46,596 bases of DNA from Rhodospirillaceae bacterium (GCA_038120765.1 JAYOMI010000020.1:408-47003); one strand, 5' to 3'; positions 26,902-35,762 are shown, counted from the stretch's first letter. The notes: a model not told the origin generated them from the letters alone. Numbers and translations are program-made.

Positions 26902-28719
26902 TTATCCCTTCAGCGCGGACGACAGCTCATAAAAGGCGGGCGACCATGCGCCGTCTGTTGTCTGGCGATGAACCCGGGAACCCGGAAACCAGGGACTTTC
27001 CATGCCCGCGTTCATCCAGCGGTATTCCGCGGGGCGTGGGACGATCACGTTGGATGTCTTCTCGCGCGCGGCCCGAAGATGGGTGATGGTGTTGCTGACG
27101 CCGACATAACTGTCCAGCAGGCCCGAAAGAGCGAGGAGATCCTCTATATCGTCATTCGCAGAGGACAGATCGAGGACAGGGCGGCCTAGCGCTGAGGCGA
27201 AGCGGTCTGTCTCTCCGTCCGCCGCGTCCCGCTGGATCACGATGACCGATCCTGGAACGTCACGCAGCGCTGACGCAAAGAGCGCGACGGGGGCTTTCTT
27301 TTGCAGAGCCTGACGCATATTGGGGGTGCCGGCGCGCCATGTAACGCCGATCCGGGGTTCAGGCCCGAACGTCGCAAGCTTTGTGCGCAGATTGTCTTCC
27401 CGCTCCGGCAGGGCAGGGATTCCGAAAGGGGGTGGTCGTGGCGAACTGTCGTCACAGCCCAGCAGGAACGGCAAATCGGCTGACTACACCTTAATGTCGC
27501 CATCGGCCGGGAGAACATCCGGGGCTATTTCGTCGGCGATGCCCGCCCGTTGCAGCATGGCGGCTATCCTGGGGTCGGGCCGGAAAATGACATGGGCACC
27601 GCGAGCGAGCAGCGCCGGTATATAGCGCGCGAAGAAAATCTGGTCTCCAAGGCCCTGATCTGCGGCGACATGCACGCGGGTCCCCGTCATGTCAGTGGCA
27701 AACGGTGTCCGGTCGAGGTGCGGCGCCATAGTCTGAACACTGGTCCGCCGGGGGAAATGTTTCCAGCCGTGGGCGAGCTGGCCGTCCGCAAGAAGATTGT
27801 TGGCCAGTCCGGCATGGGCATCCACGAAGTCGGGATCGATCTCCAGCGCGCGCCGATACATCTCCACCGCTTCGCGGTTGTCGCCGCGATGGCTGACCGC
27901 GTTCCCGATGTTACACAATAGGCCTGGATCGTCCGGCGTGTTGTCGATGGCGCCCTGATAAAATGCGAGGGCTTCCTCGGTGCGGAACGTCCTGGCGAGG
28001 ATGTTTGCGAGGTTCGCCGAAAATTCGTGATTGGCGGGCGACAGGGTGACCGCCCGGCGCAGAAATTCCTCTGCAGTTTCGAACTGGCCGCGGCCAGCAT
28101 ACAGAACCGCGATCGCATTCAGCGTTTCCGGATCGTCCGGCTGCAGACTGTCGAGCGTCTCGAATGCGCGAAGCGCCCCGTCGGTATCGCCCGCATCCCG
28201 GAGAATTTTGGCAATTGTCCGATGAGCGCCGATATGGCCGGGAACAAGCTCGATCACCTGGCGATAGGCGTCGAGAGCGAGGTCTATATTGCCGGCATCG
28301 ATATAGGCATTTGCGAGATTGAAATAAGCGGATGAGTTCTGCGGTGCGAGCAGGATGGCCTCCTGCAGCACTCCGACCGCCTGATCGGGGCGACCCGCAG
28401 CCCGATGCGCCGCGCCGAGATTGGTGAGTATCTCGGCGTTGGCGGGGGCGCCCTTGCGGGCACGCGTCAGGAATTTGATCGCGTTTTCCGGATCGTTCTG
28501 TCTGAGTCGCACCGCTCCCAGAATATGGAGCGCATTCGTCTCCTGCGGCACACTCCGGAGCACAGAGCGACAATGTTCGTCGGCCGCCTTCAGGTCGCCT
28601 GTCTGTAAACAACGGACAGCTGTTTCCAGCGCCTGTTGCGGTTGAAATTGCTTTGCCACGATATGAATTCCCCCGGGTATCGAGCTTAAGGCGGGAATCT
28701 TATCGGTTTCGGGTTGCAA
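26902..28719 (-). pseudogene. TPR-repeat protein with C-terminal GT9-like (heptosyltransferase-fold) domain, interrupted by one in-frame TAG
   Basis: ORFs 27484-28719 and 26902-27474 share a frame. They read ...PADGDIKV-TAG(27486-27484)-SADLPFLLG..., and the 'start' of the distal ORF is an internal TTG Leu. N-terminal TPRs, then GLGDQIFFARY ... SNTITHLRAA ... ESPWFPGSRVHRQ. The start may be GTG 28659, which has GGGGGA upstream. Confidence 0.75.
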
Positions 28720-28982
28720 AATCGTGAAGCCCGTCGAATTTGGGGCGAATGCAGTGTTTATTCAGAAGAGTAGTTCTGTATGGCCTGTGCTTTGTCAGGA
28801 TGACGCTCTGTGATCGTTGTAATCCAGACGGTTCCGAGCAGATTTCCGCCCGGTATGGTTTTTATCAATAATGGTATGGCTGGCGCTACGGACTGGGAGT
28901 TGATCGCCGGTAGTGCCGTTTCGGGGGCGGGGTTCAGTATTTCCGGGCTTGACCGCGCGCGTGCACCTGTCGATTGTGCGCC

Positions 28983-29453
28983 ATGGAAGAGGCTCAGGAA
29001 TTATCCGTTTCCCCCCATATGAGGCTTGCGCTTGAAGTGGCGCGAAAGGCTGCGGCAGACGGCGAAGTGCCGGTGGGTGCCGTCCTGGTCGATGCCGGGA
29101 CGGGCGATATCGTCGCGACCGCGGCGAACAGGGTCGAATGCGACAGCGATCCGACCGCGCATGCTGAAATGATCGTGATCAGGGAGGCAGCATCTCTTCG
29201 GAAAGACGTGCGATTAAACGGATGCGATCTCTATGTCACGCTGGAACCGTGTCCGATGTGCGCGGCGGCGATCTCTTTTGCGCGCATCCGCCGGGTCTAT
29301 TTCGGGGCGTTCGATCCCAAGGGGGGCGGTGTCGAAAACGGCCCCCGGATATTCGACCAGCCGACGTGTCATCATCGCCCAGACGTATACGGCGGCATCG
29401 GAGAATCCGACGCCGCCGCGTTGCTCAGAGAGTTCTTTGCCGCCCGGCGCTAG
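28983..29453 (+). CDS. tadA: tRNA-specific adenosine deaminase
   Basis: Deaminase zinc motifs HAEM and PCPMCAAA. EVPVGAVLV near the N-terminus. Confidence 0.9.
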   Translation: MEEAQELSVSPHMRLALEVARKAAADGEVPVGAVLVDAGTGDIVATAANRVECDSDPTAHAEMIVIREAASLRKDVRLNGCDLYVTLEPCPMCAAAISFARIRRVYFGAFDPKGGGVENGPRIFDQPTCHHRPDVYGGIGESDAAALLREFFAARR

Positions 29454-29465
29454 CGCCCGGGGGCA

Positions 29466-31016
29466 TTAGTCGAAGTCGGACTCGAAGCCGTATTCCTTCC
29501 AGCGTTCCTTGACCTTTTCCATGTCTTCCTTGTGTGGATGGACGGTCGGCGGATAGCGGTTTCCGCCATACTGGTCTTCGAGATCGAAATCCAGATTGAC
29601 CGTCGCGTCGATCAGGACGCGGCACCATTTCCCGGTACCGAACTTCATCGGATCCCGATCGCGCAGTCGCGTGGACGGATCGAGAAGGGAGCCGAAGGAG
29701 CCAGGGAAGAACACGATATCGTCTTCCGCCGCATTGACGCGATAGGCAAATGCCCAGTCAACGGATGCATAATCGTGAATGTCGATATCGTCATCAAGCA
29801 CCCAGATATTCTTGTAACGCAGATGCGCCGAATTGGAGCCCCAGATCGCTGCTGCGGCCTGTTTGGCCTGACCGCGATAGGTCTGGTGCAGCTGGATCAT
29901 CAGCGTAGTGCCGTTATTGGCAGCCGGGCAATGCACGTCGGTCACGCCGGGCACGCCGGCCCGTTCCAGCACGTTCCACGCCACGCCCGCGCGCTGCACG
30001 GAACTCGTAACCGAGTTTTCGTTCAGCATCTTCGGCAGGGTGCCTTCCAGCGTACCGCGATGGATTGAATCGTTCCGGTAGCTGATCGTCGTGACCTTGG
30101 TGACGTGCTTCGGTCCCTGGTCGCCGCCGAAATACCCGGTGTATTCACCAAAGGGCCCTTCCATTTCGAAGGTGGACGGATCGGAATCGATGAAACCTTC
30201 GATCACCATCTCGGCATTCGCCGGCACCATGATGTCGCTGGTTTCGCACTTGATCAGTTCCATCGGCTTGCCGCGCATGGCGCCCATGACCTCGTATTCC
30301 GACACGCCGGTCGGGATCGGGGCGGAAGCGCAATAGGGCAGGGAAGGCTCGTACCCATAGACATGGGCGACAGGCATTTTCATGCCGCGATCGGCCCATT
30401 TCTGGAAGTGAACGCCCCAGTGCTGGGCGCGCCACAGCAGAACCGGCAGGGTGTCTTTCTGACCCAGCATACCGCGATAAATGCCGATATTGTGCTGCCC
30501 GGTATCGGGATCCATCGTAACGGTAGCCTGATAGGTGTTGATGTAGCGTCCGCCGTCTTCGCGATGCCAGCGCGGCACGGGGATTTTGTACAGGTCGATG
30601 TCGTCGCCGGTGACGATGTTTTCCTTCACGGCGCCCTCGAACACTTCCACCGGTGAGACCCGCTGCTGCAGGAAATGACGCGTGGCGAGGACCAGGTCGC
30701 GCACGGGAGCGTCTTTCGGCAGGCCGAGCATCATGGCGACGCGCTTGTAGTTCGACAGGCCGCCGGTAAAGACGCGACGGGAATAGACATCGTCGTCCGG
30801 GCCGTAACCGCTGATATTGTTGAAGAGGAGAGCGGGGCCGTGGCCCTGTCCGAAGGTTTTTCGGGCAATTGTGCCCAGTTCGCAATCCCAATCGACTTCG
30901 ACGTCGATTTCCTGCAATTCGCCTTCTTCGCGTAGCGCATCGATCCAGCCGCGCAGGTCCTCAAAGGCCCGCGGCACGATCTTGTTGTGCATTGCGCCGA
31001 GTTCGTTGGTCGTCAT
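29466..31016 (-). CDS. UbiD-family (prFMN-dependent) decarboxylase/carboxylase, paralog 1
   Basis: 516 aa. UbiD-like EGPFGEYTGYF acid-base region, LLWRAQHWG and VPANAEMVIEG. GGGGAG SD 7 nt upstream. Confidence 0.9.
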   Translation of the reverse strand: MTTNELGAMHNKIVPRAFEDLRGWIDALREEGELQEIDVEVDWDCELGTIARKTFGQGHGPALLFNNISGYGPDDDVYSRRVFTGGLSNYKRVAMMLGLPKDAPVRDLVLATRHFLQQRVSPVEVFEGAVKENIVTGDDIDLYKIPVPRWHREDGGRYINTYQATVTMDPDTGQHNIGIYRGMLGQKDTLPVLLWRAQHWGVHFQKWADRGMKMPVAHVYGYEPSLPYCASAPIPTGVSEYEVMGAMRGKPMELIKCETSDIMVPANAEMVIEGFIDSDPSTFEMEGPFGEYTGYFGGDQGPKHVTKVTTISYRNDSIHRGTLEGTLPKMLNENSVTSSVQRAGVAWNVLERAGVPGVTDVHCPAANNGTTLMIQLHQTYRGQAKQAAAAIWGSNSAHLRYKNIWVLDDDIDIHDYASVDWAFAYRVNAAEDDIVFFPGSFGSLLDPSTRLRDRDPMKFGTGKWCRVLIDATVNLDFDLEDQYGGNRYPPTVHPHKEDMEKVKERWKEYGFESDFD

Positions 31017-31201
31017 AGGTCAGCTCCCCGATCTGTATGTCCTGCGATACGGGACTCCCTGCATCGCACTCGTTCTCTCAATTGTTCTGCCGCAGTCTCT
31101 GCGGCACCCGGTATCGAAGTCAATCGCCGGGCCTTCATATCGCTATTCGCAACGTGCATGACATATCGTCATGCGCATTGCGCATGGCCGGTTATTCGCT
31201 C

Positions 31202-32749
31202 TCAGTCGGATGACGAAAGCCGCTGTTTCCATTTACCGTCTATGCCGAGAGTGTCCCAGCGCGCCTCGATTTTCTTCATATCTTCAGGAGTCGGCCGGAC
31301 GGTCGGCGGGTAACGGTCGCCGTTTCGTTCCGGCTCATAATCCAGATTGATCGTCGCATCGGTCAGAACACGGGACCATTTGCCGGTTCCGAACAGATGA
31401 ACGTTCGCATCCCTTCGCCGGACGCTCGGGTCGAGCCCTGCGCCCCAGTTGGCGGGATAGATGAGTATGTCGCCCTCGCCGGCGGCAACCCGCCAGGCAT
31501 GCGCCCAGTCGACAGCTTCGTAATCGTGAACGTCGATGTCGGCATCCACGACCGTGACATGCTTGTAACGCACATGGGACGAGGAATCGCCCCACAGCGC
31601 CGCGGCGACCTGCTTGGCCTGACCGCGATAGGTCTGTTCGATGGAGACATTCAGATTGACGGCCGCCTGAATCGGATGGCCGAACACGTCCTTCACGCCG
31701 GGGACGCCGGCGCTTTCCAGCGCATTCCATGCCACAGCCGACCGGTGGATCGAACTCATGATCGGGTTTTCGCCGATGCTGCCGGGGATCGCACCCTCGA
31801 CCGTGCCGCGATAGATCGGATCGTTACGGTGTGTGATCGCGGTGACCCGCGTGGTGTGTTTTTTCGAACGTTCCGGCGCATAGAAACCGGTGAATTCGGC
31901 ATACGGGCCTTCTTCGGTGAACGTCGCCGGATCTGTCGAAATCCAGCCTTCGATCACGATTTCCGCATTGGCGGGAACTTTCAGCGGAACCGTTTCGCAG
32001 TCGATCAGGTCTACCGGTTCACCGCGGATCGCGCCCATCACGTCATACTCGGATATCGCGCGCGGCACCGGTGCACCAGCCGTGAAGCCAAGCGAGGGCT
32101 CCCAGCCGATAACGTAGGCAACCGGCATTTCTTCGCCGGATTGCTGATGTTTCGAGAAATGACCTCCCCAGTGCTGGGCACGCCACAACAGAACAGGTAT
32201 TTCGGCCGGGCCGCCGACCATGCCGCGATAGATGCCCACATTGTGTACGCCGGTATCGGGATCCTTGGTGACGCAACCGGCATAGGTCAGCGCATAGCGA
32301 CCGCCATCCAGCTTGTTCCACTTCGGGATCGGGAATTTGAGAAGGTCGATATCATCTCCCATGATGATATTTTCTTTGACCGGCCCGTCGTTAACATTGC
32401 GCGGCTCTATCCGTTCCTGGAAAATCGTCCGGCAGATACGAACGAGTTCGCGGGCAGGAGTGTCCGGCGGAAGACCGAACATCATGGCGATGCGGGAATA
32501 GCTGGCGTGTCCGCCTGTAAACATGCGCGAACACAGCGCGTCGGGGCCGTTATAGTCCTTGATATTGTTGAACAGGAAGGCCGGGCCGTCACCGCTTCCC
32601 TGCATCATCCGGATGATATTGCCGAGCTCGACATCCCAGTCGACCTCGCCGGTGATCTCAGCAAGCTCGCCGCCGTCCCGCAGGGCGTCGATCCACCCGC
32701 GCAGGTCGCCGAAAACTGCCGGCCCGCGCTTTATGCCTGAACCACTCAT
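31202..32749 (-). CDS. UbiD-family (prFMN-dependent) decarboxylase/carboxylase, paralog 2
   Basis: 515 aa, alignable end to end with paralog 1. Shared blocks: LRGWIDALR, LLWRAQHWG, VPANAEIVIEG, QTYRGQAKQ, RYPPTV. The equivalent active-site region reads EGPYAEFTGFY. Confidence 0.9.
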   Translation of the reverse strand: MSGSGIKRGPAVFGDLRGWIDALRDGGELAEITGEVDWDVELGNIIRMMQGSGDGPAFLFNNIKDYNGPDALCSRMFTGGHASYSRIAMMFGLPPDTPARELVRICRTIFQERIEPRNVNDGPVKENIIMGDDIDLLKFPIPKWNKLDGGRYALTYAGCVTKDPDTGVHNVGIYRGMVGGPAEIPVLLWRAQHWGGHFSKHQQSGEEMPVAYVIGWEPSLGFTAGAPVPRAISEYDVMGAIRGEPVDLIDCETVPLKVPANAEIVIEGWISTDPATFTEEGPYAEFTGFYAPERSKKHTTRVTAITHRNDPIYRGTVEGAIPGSIGENPIMSSIHRSAVAWNALESAGVPGVKDVFGHPIQAAVNLNVSIEQTYRGQAKQVAAALWGDSSSHVRYKHVTVVDADIDVHDYEAVDWAHAWRVAAGEGDILIYPANWGAGLDPSVRRRDANVHLFGTGKWSRVLTDATINLDYEPERNGDRYPPTVRPTPEDMKKIEARWDTLGIDGKWKQRLSSSD

Positions 32750-32834
32750 ATCGTAATCTCCCCGTAAGCGTGCTTATGAGGAGGATTTCTAACGTCTGAC
32801 GGGGTTTTTAGCCATAGGCGTGCCCATGCAGCGA

Positions 32835-34277
32835 TTACATGGGCGTATGTGGCAGCGAAAGCCTGACCGTCAGACCGCCGCCGGCGGCGTCTTCCAGAAC
32901 GACGTCTCCCCCGTGACGGCGCGCTATCGACCGCGCGACCGCGAGGCCCAGACCGGATCCCCCGGTTTCGCGGTTACGCGAGGTCTCGAGGCGGTAAAAC
33001 GGGCGGAATACATCTTCTCGGCGATCGACCGGAATCCCCGGCCCGGAGTCCGTCACCGCGATATCGATCCGGTCGGCTTCTTCGTGGACCTCGACAGAGG
33101 CCGAGCCGCCGTACTTGATCGCATTGATGACAATGTTCTGGACCGCGCGCTTGATGGCACCCGGTGCGCAGACATAGGCGATGCGGCCATGGGTCTCACA
33201 GGCAACCGGTTGTCCGGCATCCGCCATGTCGTCGCAGAGGCTCTGGACCAGGGTGGCGAGGTCGGTCTGGGTGCGCGGCTCTTCGGCAGCGTCGTCGCGG
33301 GCAAAGGCGAGGGTGGAATCGAGCATTGCCTGCATTTCGTTGAGGTCGGAAATCGCTTTAGCCTGCTGTTCGGCATCTTCGATAAACTCCGCGCGGAGTT
33401 TTAGACGCGTCAGCATCGTGCGGAGATCATGACTGATCGCCGCAAGCATCATGGTGCGGTCGTCGACGAACCGCCGCAGGCGTTCCTGCATGACGTTGAA
33501 AGCGCGGGTTGCGTTGCGTAACTCGCGGGAGCCCTTTTCCGGCAGGGGCGGAGAGCGCACATCCAGACCGATCCTTTCGGCCGCGTCGGCGAAGCTGCGC
33601 AGAGGGCGTGTCATTCTGTGAACTGCCCAGAAGGAGACAATGACTATCAAGGCAGTGGAAACCGATATCCAGAAGATCATCCGCATCGCCCACCGGAGCG
33701 ATGTGGTGTCGGTGGAGCCGACGAAATGGACCCAGCCGCCGGTCCTCAATGCGACCGCAACCAGCACCTTTACCCTGCTGTTCAGGAGATCCGGCGGAGC
33801 TGCGCGCCCACCCGGCATCGCCGGTGCAGCCCTGTCGCCGCGGTCCCAGCGGTTGAAGCGGCGGATAATGATGCGTCTCTCGTCCAGGTCGGGCAGCAAA
33901 GCCTGAATCTCGTTCTCATGGTGGCGGTCGGGGCGCCAGCCACGCGGGATGCGCGGACGGCGTTCCCCGGTCAGGCCGATCCAGAGTGTGGGACTGTTCA
34001 ATGCACGCAGCAGCCTGTCCCGTTCGGCGACCGGCGTTTGTTCGATAAGAGGGACGATCACGCTTATCCGATCGGCGACCGAAACTGAAAGCAGCTTGAA
34101 TGTTGTCTGGGCACGGTCCCGGACATAGGCCGCCGCGCTGACCCACATGGCGACAATGAGGACGCCGACGACGAGAAGCGTGAGACGGCCGGCGATGGAA
34201 GACGGCCATATTCGCCGCCAGCTGCCCGGCCGATCGCCGATAACTGAATCGTTTTCATGGGTGCTGCGACGAAACAT
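32835..34277 (-). CDS. Sensor histidine kinase (EnvZ/CpxA-like: 2 TM, HAMP, HisKA, HATPase)
   Basis: H-box AISHDLRTML, N-box VINAIKYG, G-boxes DSGPGI and GGSGLGLAV. Confidence 0.9.
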   Translation of the reverse strand: MFRRSTHENDSVIGDRPGSWRRIWPSSIAGRLTLLVVGVLIVAMWVSAAAYVRDRAQTTFKLLSVSVADRISVIVPLIEQTPVAERDRLLRALNSPTLWIGLTGERRPRIPRGWRPDRHHENEIQALLPDLDERRIIIRRFNRWDRGDRAAPAMPGGRAAPPDLLNSRVKVLVAVALRTGGWVHFVGSTDTTSLRWAMRMIFWISVSTALIVIVSFWAVHRMTRPLRSFADAAERIGLDVRSPPLPEKGSRELRNATRAFNVMQERLRRFVDDRTMMLAAISHDLRTMLTRLKLRAEFIEDAEQQAKAISDLNEMQAMLDSTLAFARDDAAEEPRTQTDLATLVQSLCDDMADAGQPVACETHGRIAYVCAPGAIKRAVQNIVINAIKYGGSASVEVHEEADRIDIAVTDSGPGIPVDRREDVFRPFYRLETSRNRETGGSGLGLAVARSIARRHGGDVVLEDAAGGGLTVRLSLPHTPM

Positions 34278-34286
34278 GTCGATGGG

Positions 34287-35009
34287 CTATCCCTTCGCTT
34301 CGACGTCGGCTGTGAACATATATCCGCCCCCGCGAACCGTCTTGATAAGGGTCGGTTCCTTCGGGTCGGATTCGATCTTCCGGCGCAGGCGGCTGAGCTG
34401 GACATCAACCGATCTGTCAAAGGCGCTCGCCTCCCGTCCGCGGGTCAGATCAAGCAGTGCATCCCGGCTGAGAACGCGTTGCGGGCGTTCGGCCAGCGAG
34501 ACAAGCAGATCGAATTCACCCGCTGTCAGGGAGACCAGCGCACCGTCCGGATCGCGGAGCTCGCGTTTTGTGAGATCGAGCGTCCATCCGTCGAACGTCA
34601 TTTGCCGGCCCGATACCGGCTTCGGGCTGCGGAAATCGCCGCCTCGCCGCAGCACCGCCTTGATGCGTGCAAGGAGCTCCCGCGGATTGAAAGGCTTGGG
34701 CAGGTAGTCGTCTGCGCCCATCTCAAGCCCGACGATCCGGTCGGTCTCTTCGCCCAACGCGGTCAGCATGATGATCGGAATGGCGGTATCGGCACGAAGG
34801 CGCCGGCATATGGACAGCCCGTCTTCGCCCGGCATCATCAGGTCGAGGACGATCAGGTCGAAACTGCCCGTCGCAAGCTGTGCGTCCATGTCCCTGCCGT
34901 TTGCCGCGTCGTTCACGCGAAAGCCGTGCTTGCGCAGAAACCGCGCCGTAAGGTCGCGGATTTCGCGGTCATCGTCCACGACCAGGATATGGGGCGAGCT
35001 TTCATTCAT
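34287..35009 (-). CDS. OmpR-family response regulator
   Basis: Receiver ILVVDDD...DLIVLDLMMPGEDG and winged helix LTAGEFDLL...IKTVRGGGYMF. Start taken at ATG 35009 (MNESSPH). Confidence 0.9.
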   Translation of the reverse strand: MNESSPHILVVDDDREIRDLTARFLRKHGFRVNDAANGRDMDAQLATGSFDLIVLDLMMPGEDGLSICRRLRADTAIPIIMLTALGEETDRIVGLEMGADDYLPKPFNPRELLARIKAVLRRGGDFRSPKPVSGRQMTFDGWTLDLTKRELRDPDGALVSLTAGEFDLLVSLAERPQRVLSRDALLDLTRGREASAFDRSVDVQLSRLRRKIESDPKEPTLIKTVRGGGYMFTADVEAKG

Positions 35010-35053
35010 GAGGTCAATATAGGCGGTCCGAACCACCGCGCGGGCCGTTTTTT

Positions 35054-35098
35054 TGTAACGGAGTGTTACAGGCACGGGAGCTGTAACCGAGTGTTACA
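35054..35098. promoter_or_regulatory. Two copies of 17-bp motif TGTAAC-N5-GTTACA (candidate response-regulator operator)
   Basis: TGTAACggagtGTTACA at 35054-35070 and TGTAACcgagtGTTACA at 35082-35098, plus an extra GTTACA at 35126-35131. All lie in the 191-nt divergent region between the regulator and the CpxP/Spy-like gene. Confidence 0.5.
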
Positions 35099-35200
35099 AA
35101 ACGGGGGGGGGCCGGACATTCCGGCGTTACACGGTGCCCCTATGTTCGGTTGATCGGCGCCATTCGTTCCTTTCGAGCGCCTGAACAGATGGAGAACAAA

Positions 35201-35740
35201 ATGTCAGTTATGAAAAAAATGCTGCTTGGCACCGTCGCTGTCGCCGGTATCGGCGGGGCTGTTTTCGCCTTTTCCGGCGTTGCCCCCCAGACCATGAACA
35301 CGGCGAAGCTGGAGCTGATCTCTTCGGCTTTGGCGTCAGAGAGACACGGCGAGGATCGCGGGTGCCGCGGGCATCACCGTGGCGGACGTCACGGCATGCG
35401 GATGATCTGCAGCGACCGCCGGGCCGAAAAGGTAGAAGACGCGATCGGATTCGCGGAAGCCTTCTTCACGTTCCGGGGCGAACAGAAAGTCGCATGGGAC
35501 GGTCTTGCGGCCGCGCTACTCGAAGGTAGCGAGACCATCGGCAAGCATTGCGAGGCAATGAAGGCTGAAGGCCGCCAGAAAACCGCGACGGGCAAATTCG
35601 CCCGGATGGAGACCATGCTGACTGTAGGCCTCGAGGTCGTGAAGACGGTGCGTCCCGCCTTCGACAAGCTTTATGCGACGCTGGACGAAAAGCAGCAGGC
35701 TGCGCTCGACAAGATGATTAGCCGCGGTGGGCGTCACTAA
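35201..35740 (+). CDS. Periplasmic Spy/CpxP/ZraP-like (LTXXQ-type) protein, His/Cys-rich
   Basis: Signal peptide MSVMKKMLLGTVAVAGIGGAVFAFSG. HGEDRGCRGHHRGGRHGMRMIC segment. Helical body ending ATLDEKQQAALDKM. GGAGA SD 5 nt upstream of the ATG at 35201. Confidence 0.5.
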   Translation: MSVMKKMLLGTVAVAGIGGAVFAFSGVAPQTMNTAKLELISSALASERHGEDRGCRGHHRGGRHGMRMICSDRRAEKVEDAIGFAEAFFTFRGEQKVAWDGLAAALLEGSETIGKHCEAMKAEGRQKTATGKFARMETMLTVGLEVVKTVRPAFDKLYATLDEKQQAALDKMISRGGRH

Positions 35741-35762
35741 ACCCGACGATCAGACCCTCTGT

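Noticed and set aside
22406-28719. Idea that TAG is reassigned (pyrrolysine or another sense reading), because two genes carry in-frame TAG.
   Set aside because: TAG terminates many well-delimited genes in this window at their expected ends: the Na channel at 7498-7500, maoC at 11254-11256, DUF3035 at 16312-16314, the M16 partner at 19134-19136, the MATE gene itself at 22406-22408, the pseudouridine synthase at 24684-24686 and the response regulator at 34287-34289. No pyl-like genes are visible. Low-level suppression cannot be excluded and is kept as a finding.
28720-28982. Long intergenic region with the 70-aa ORF 28810-29022. Checked for a tRNA, sRNA or small gene.
   Set aside because: No cloverleaf-compatible sequence, no convincing hairpin or terminator, and no SD. 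The ORF has no recognisable motif and runs into tadA.
32760-32809. CCCCGT...ACGGGG followed by T5 on the plus strand. Considered as a terminator.
   Set aside because: The stem is only 6 bp with a ~33-nt loop. No plus-strand gene ends upstream. The region is the SD-containing leader of UbiD paralog 2 on the minus strand.
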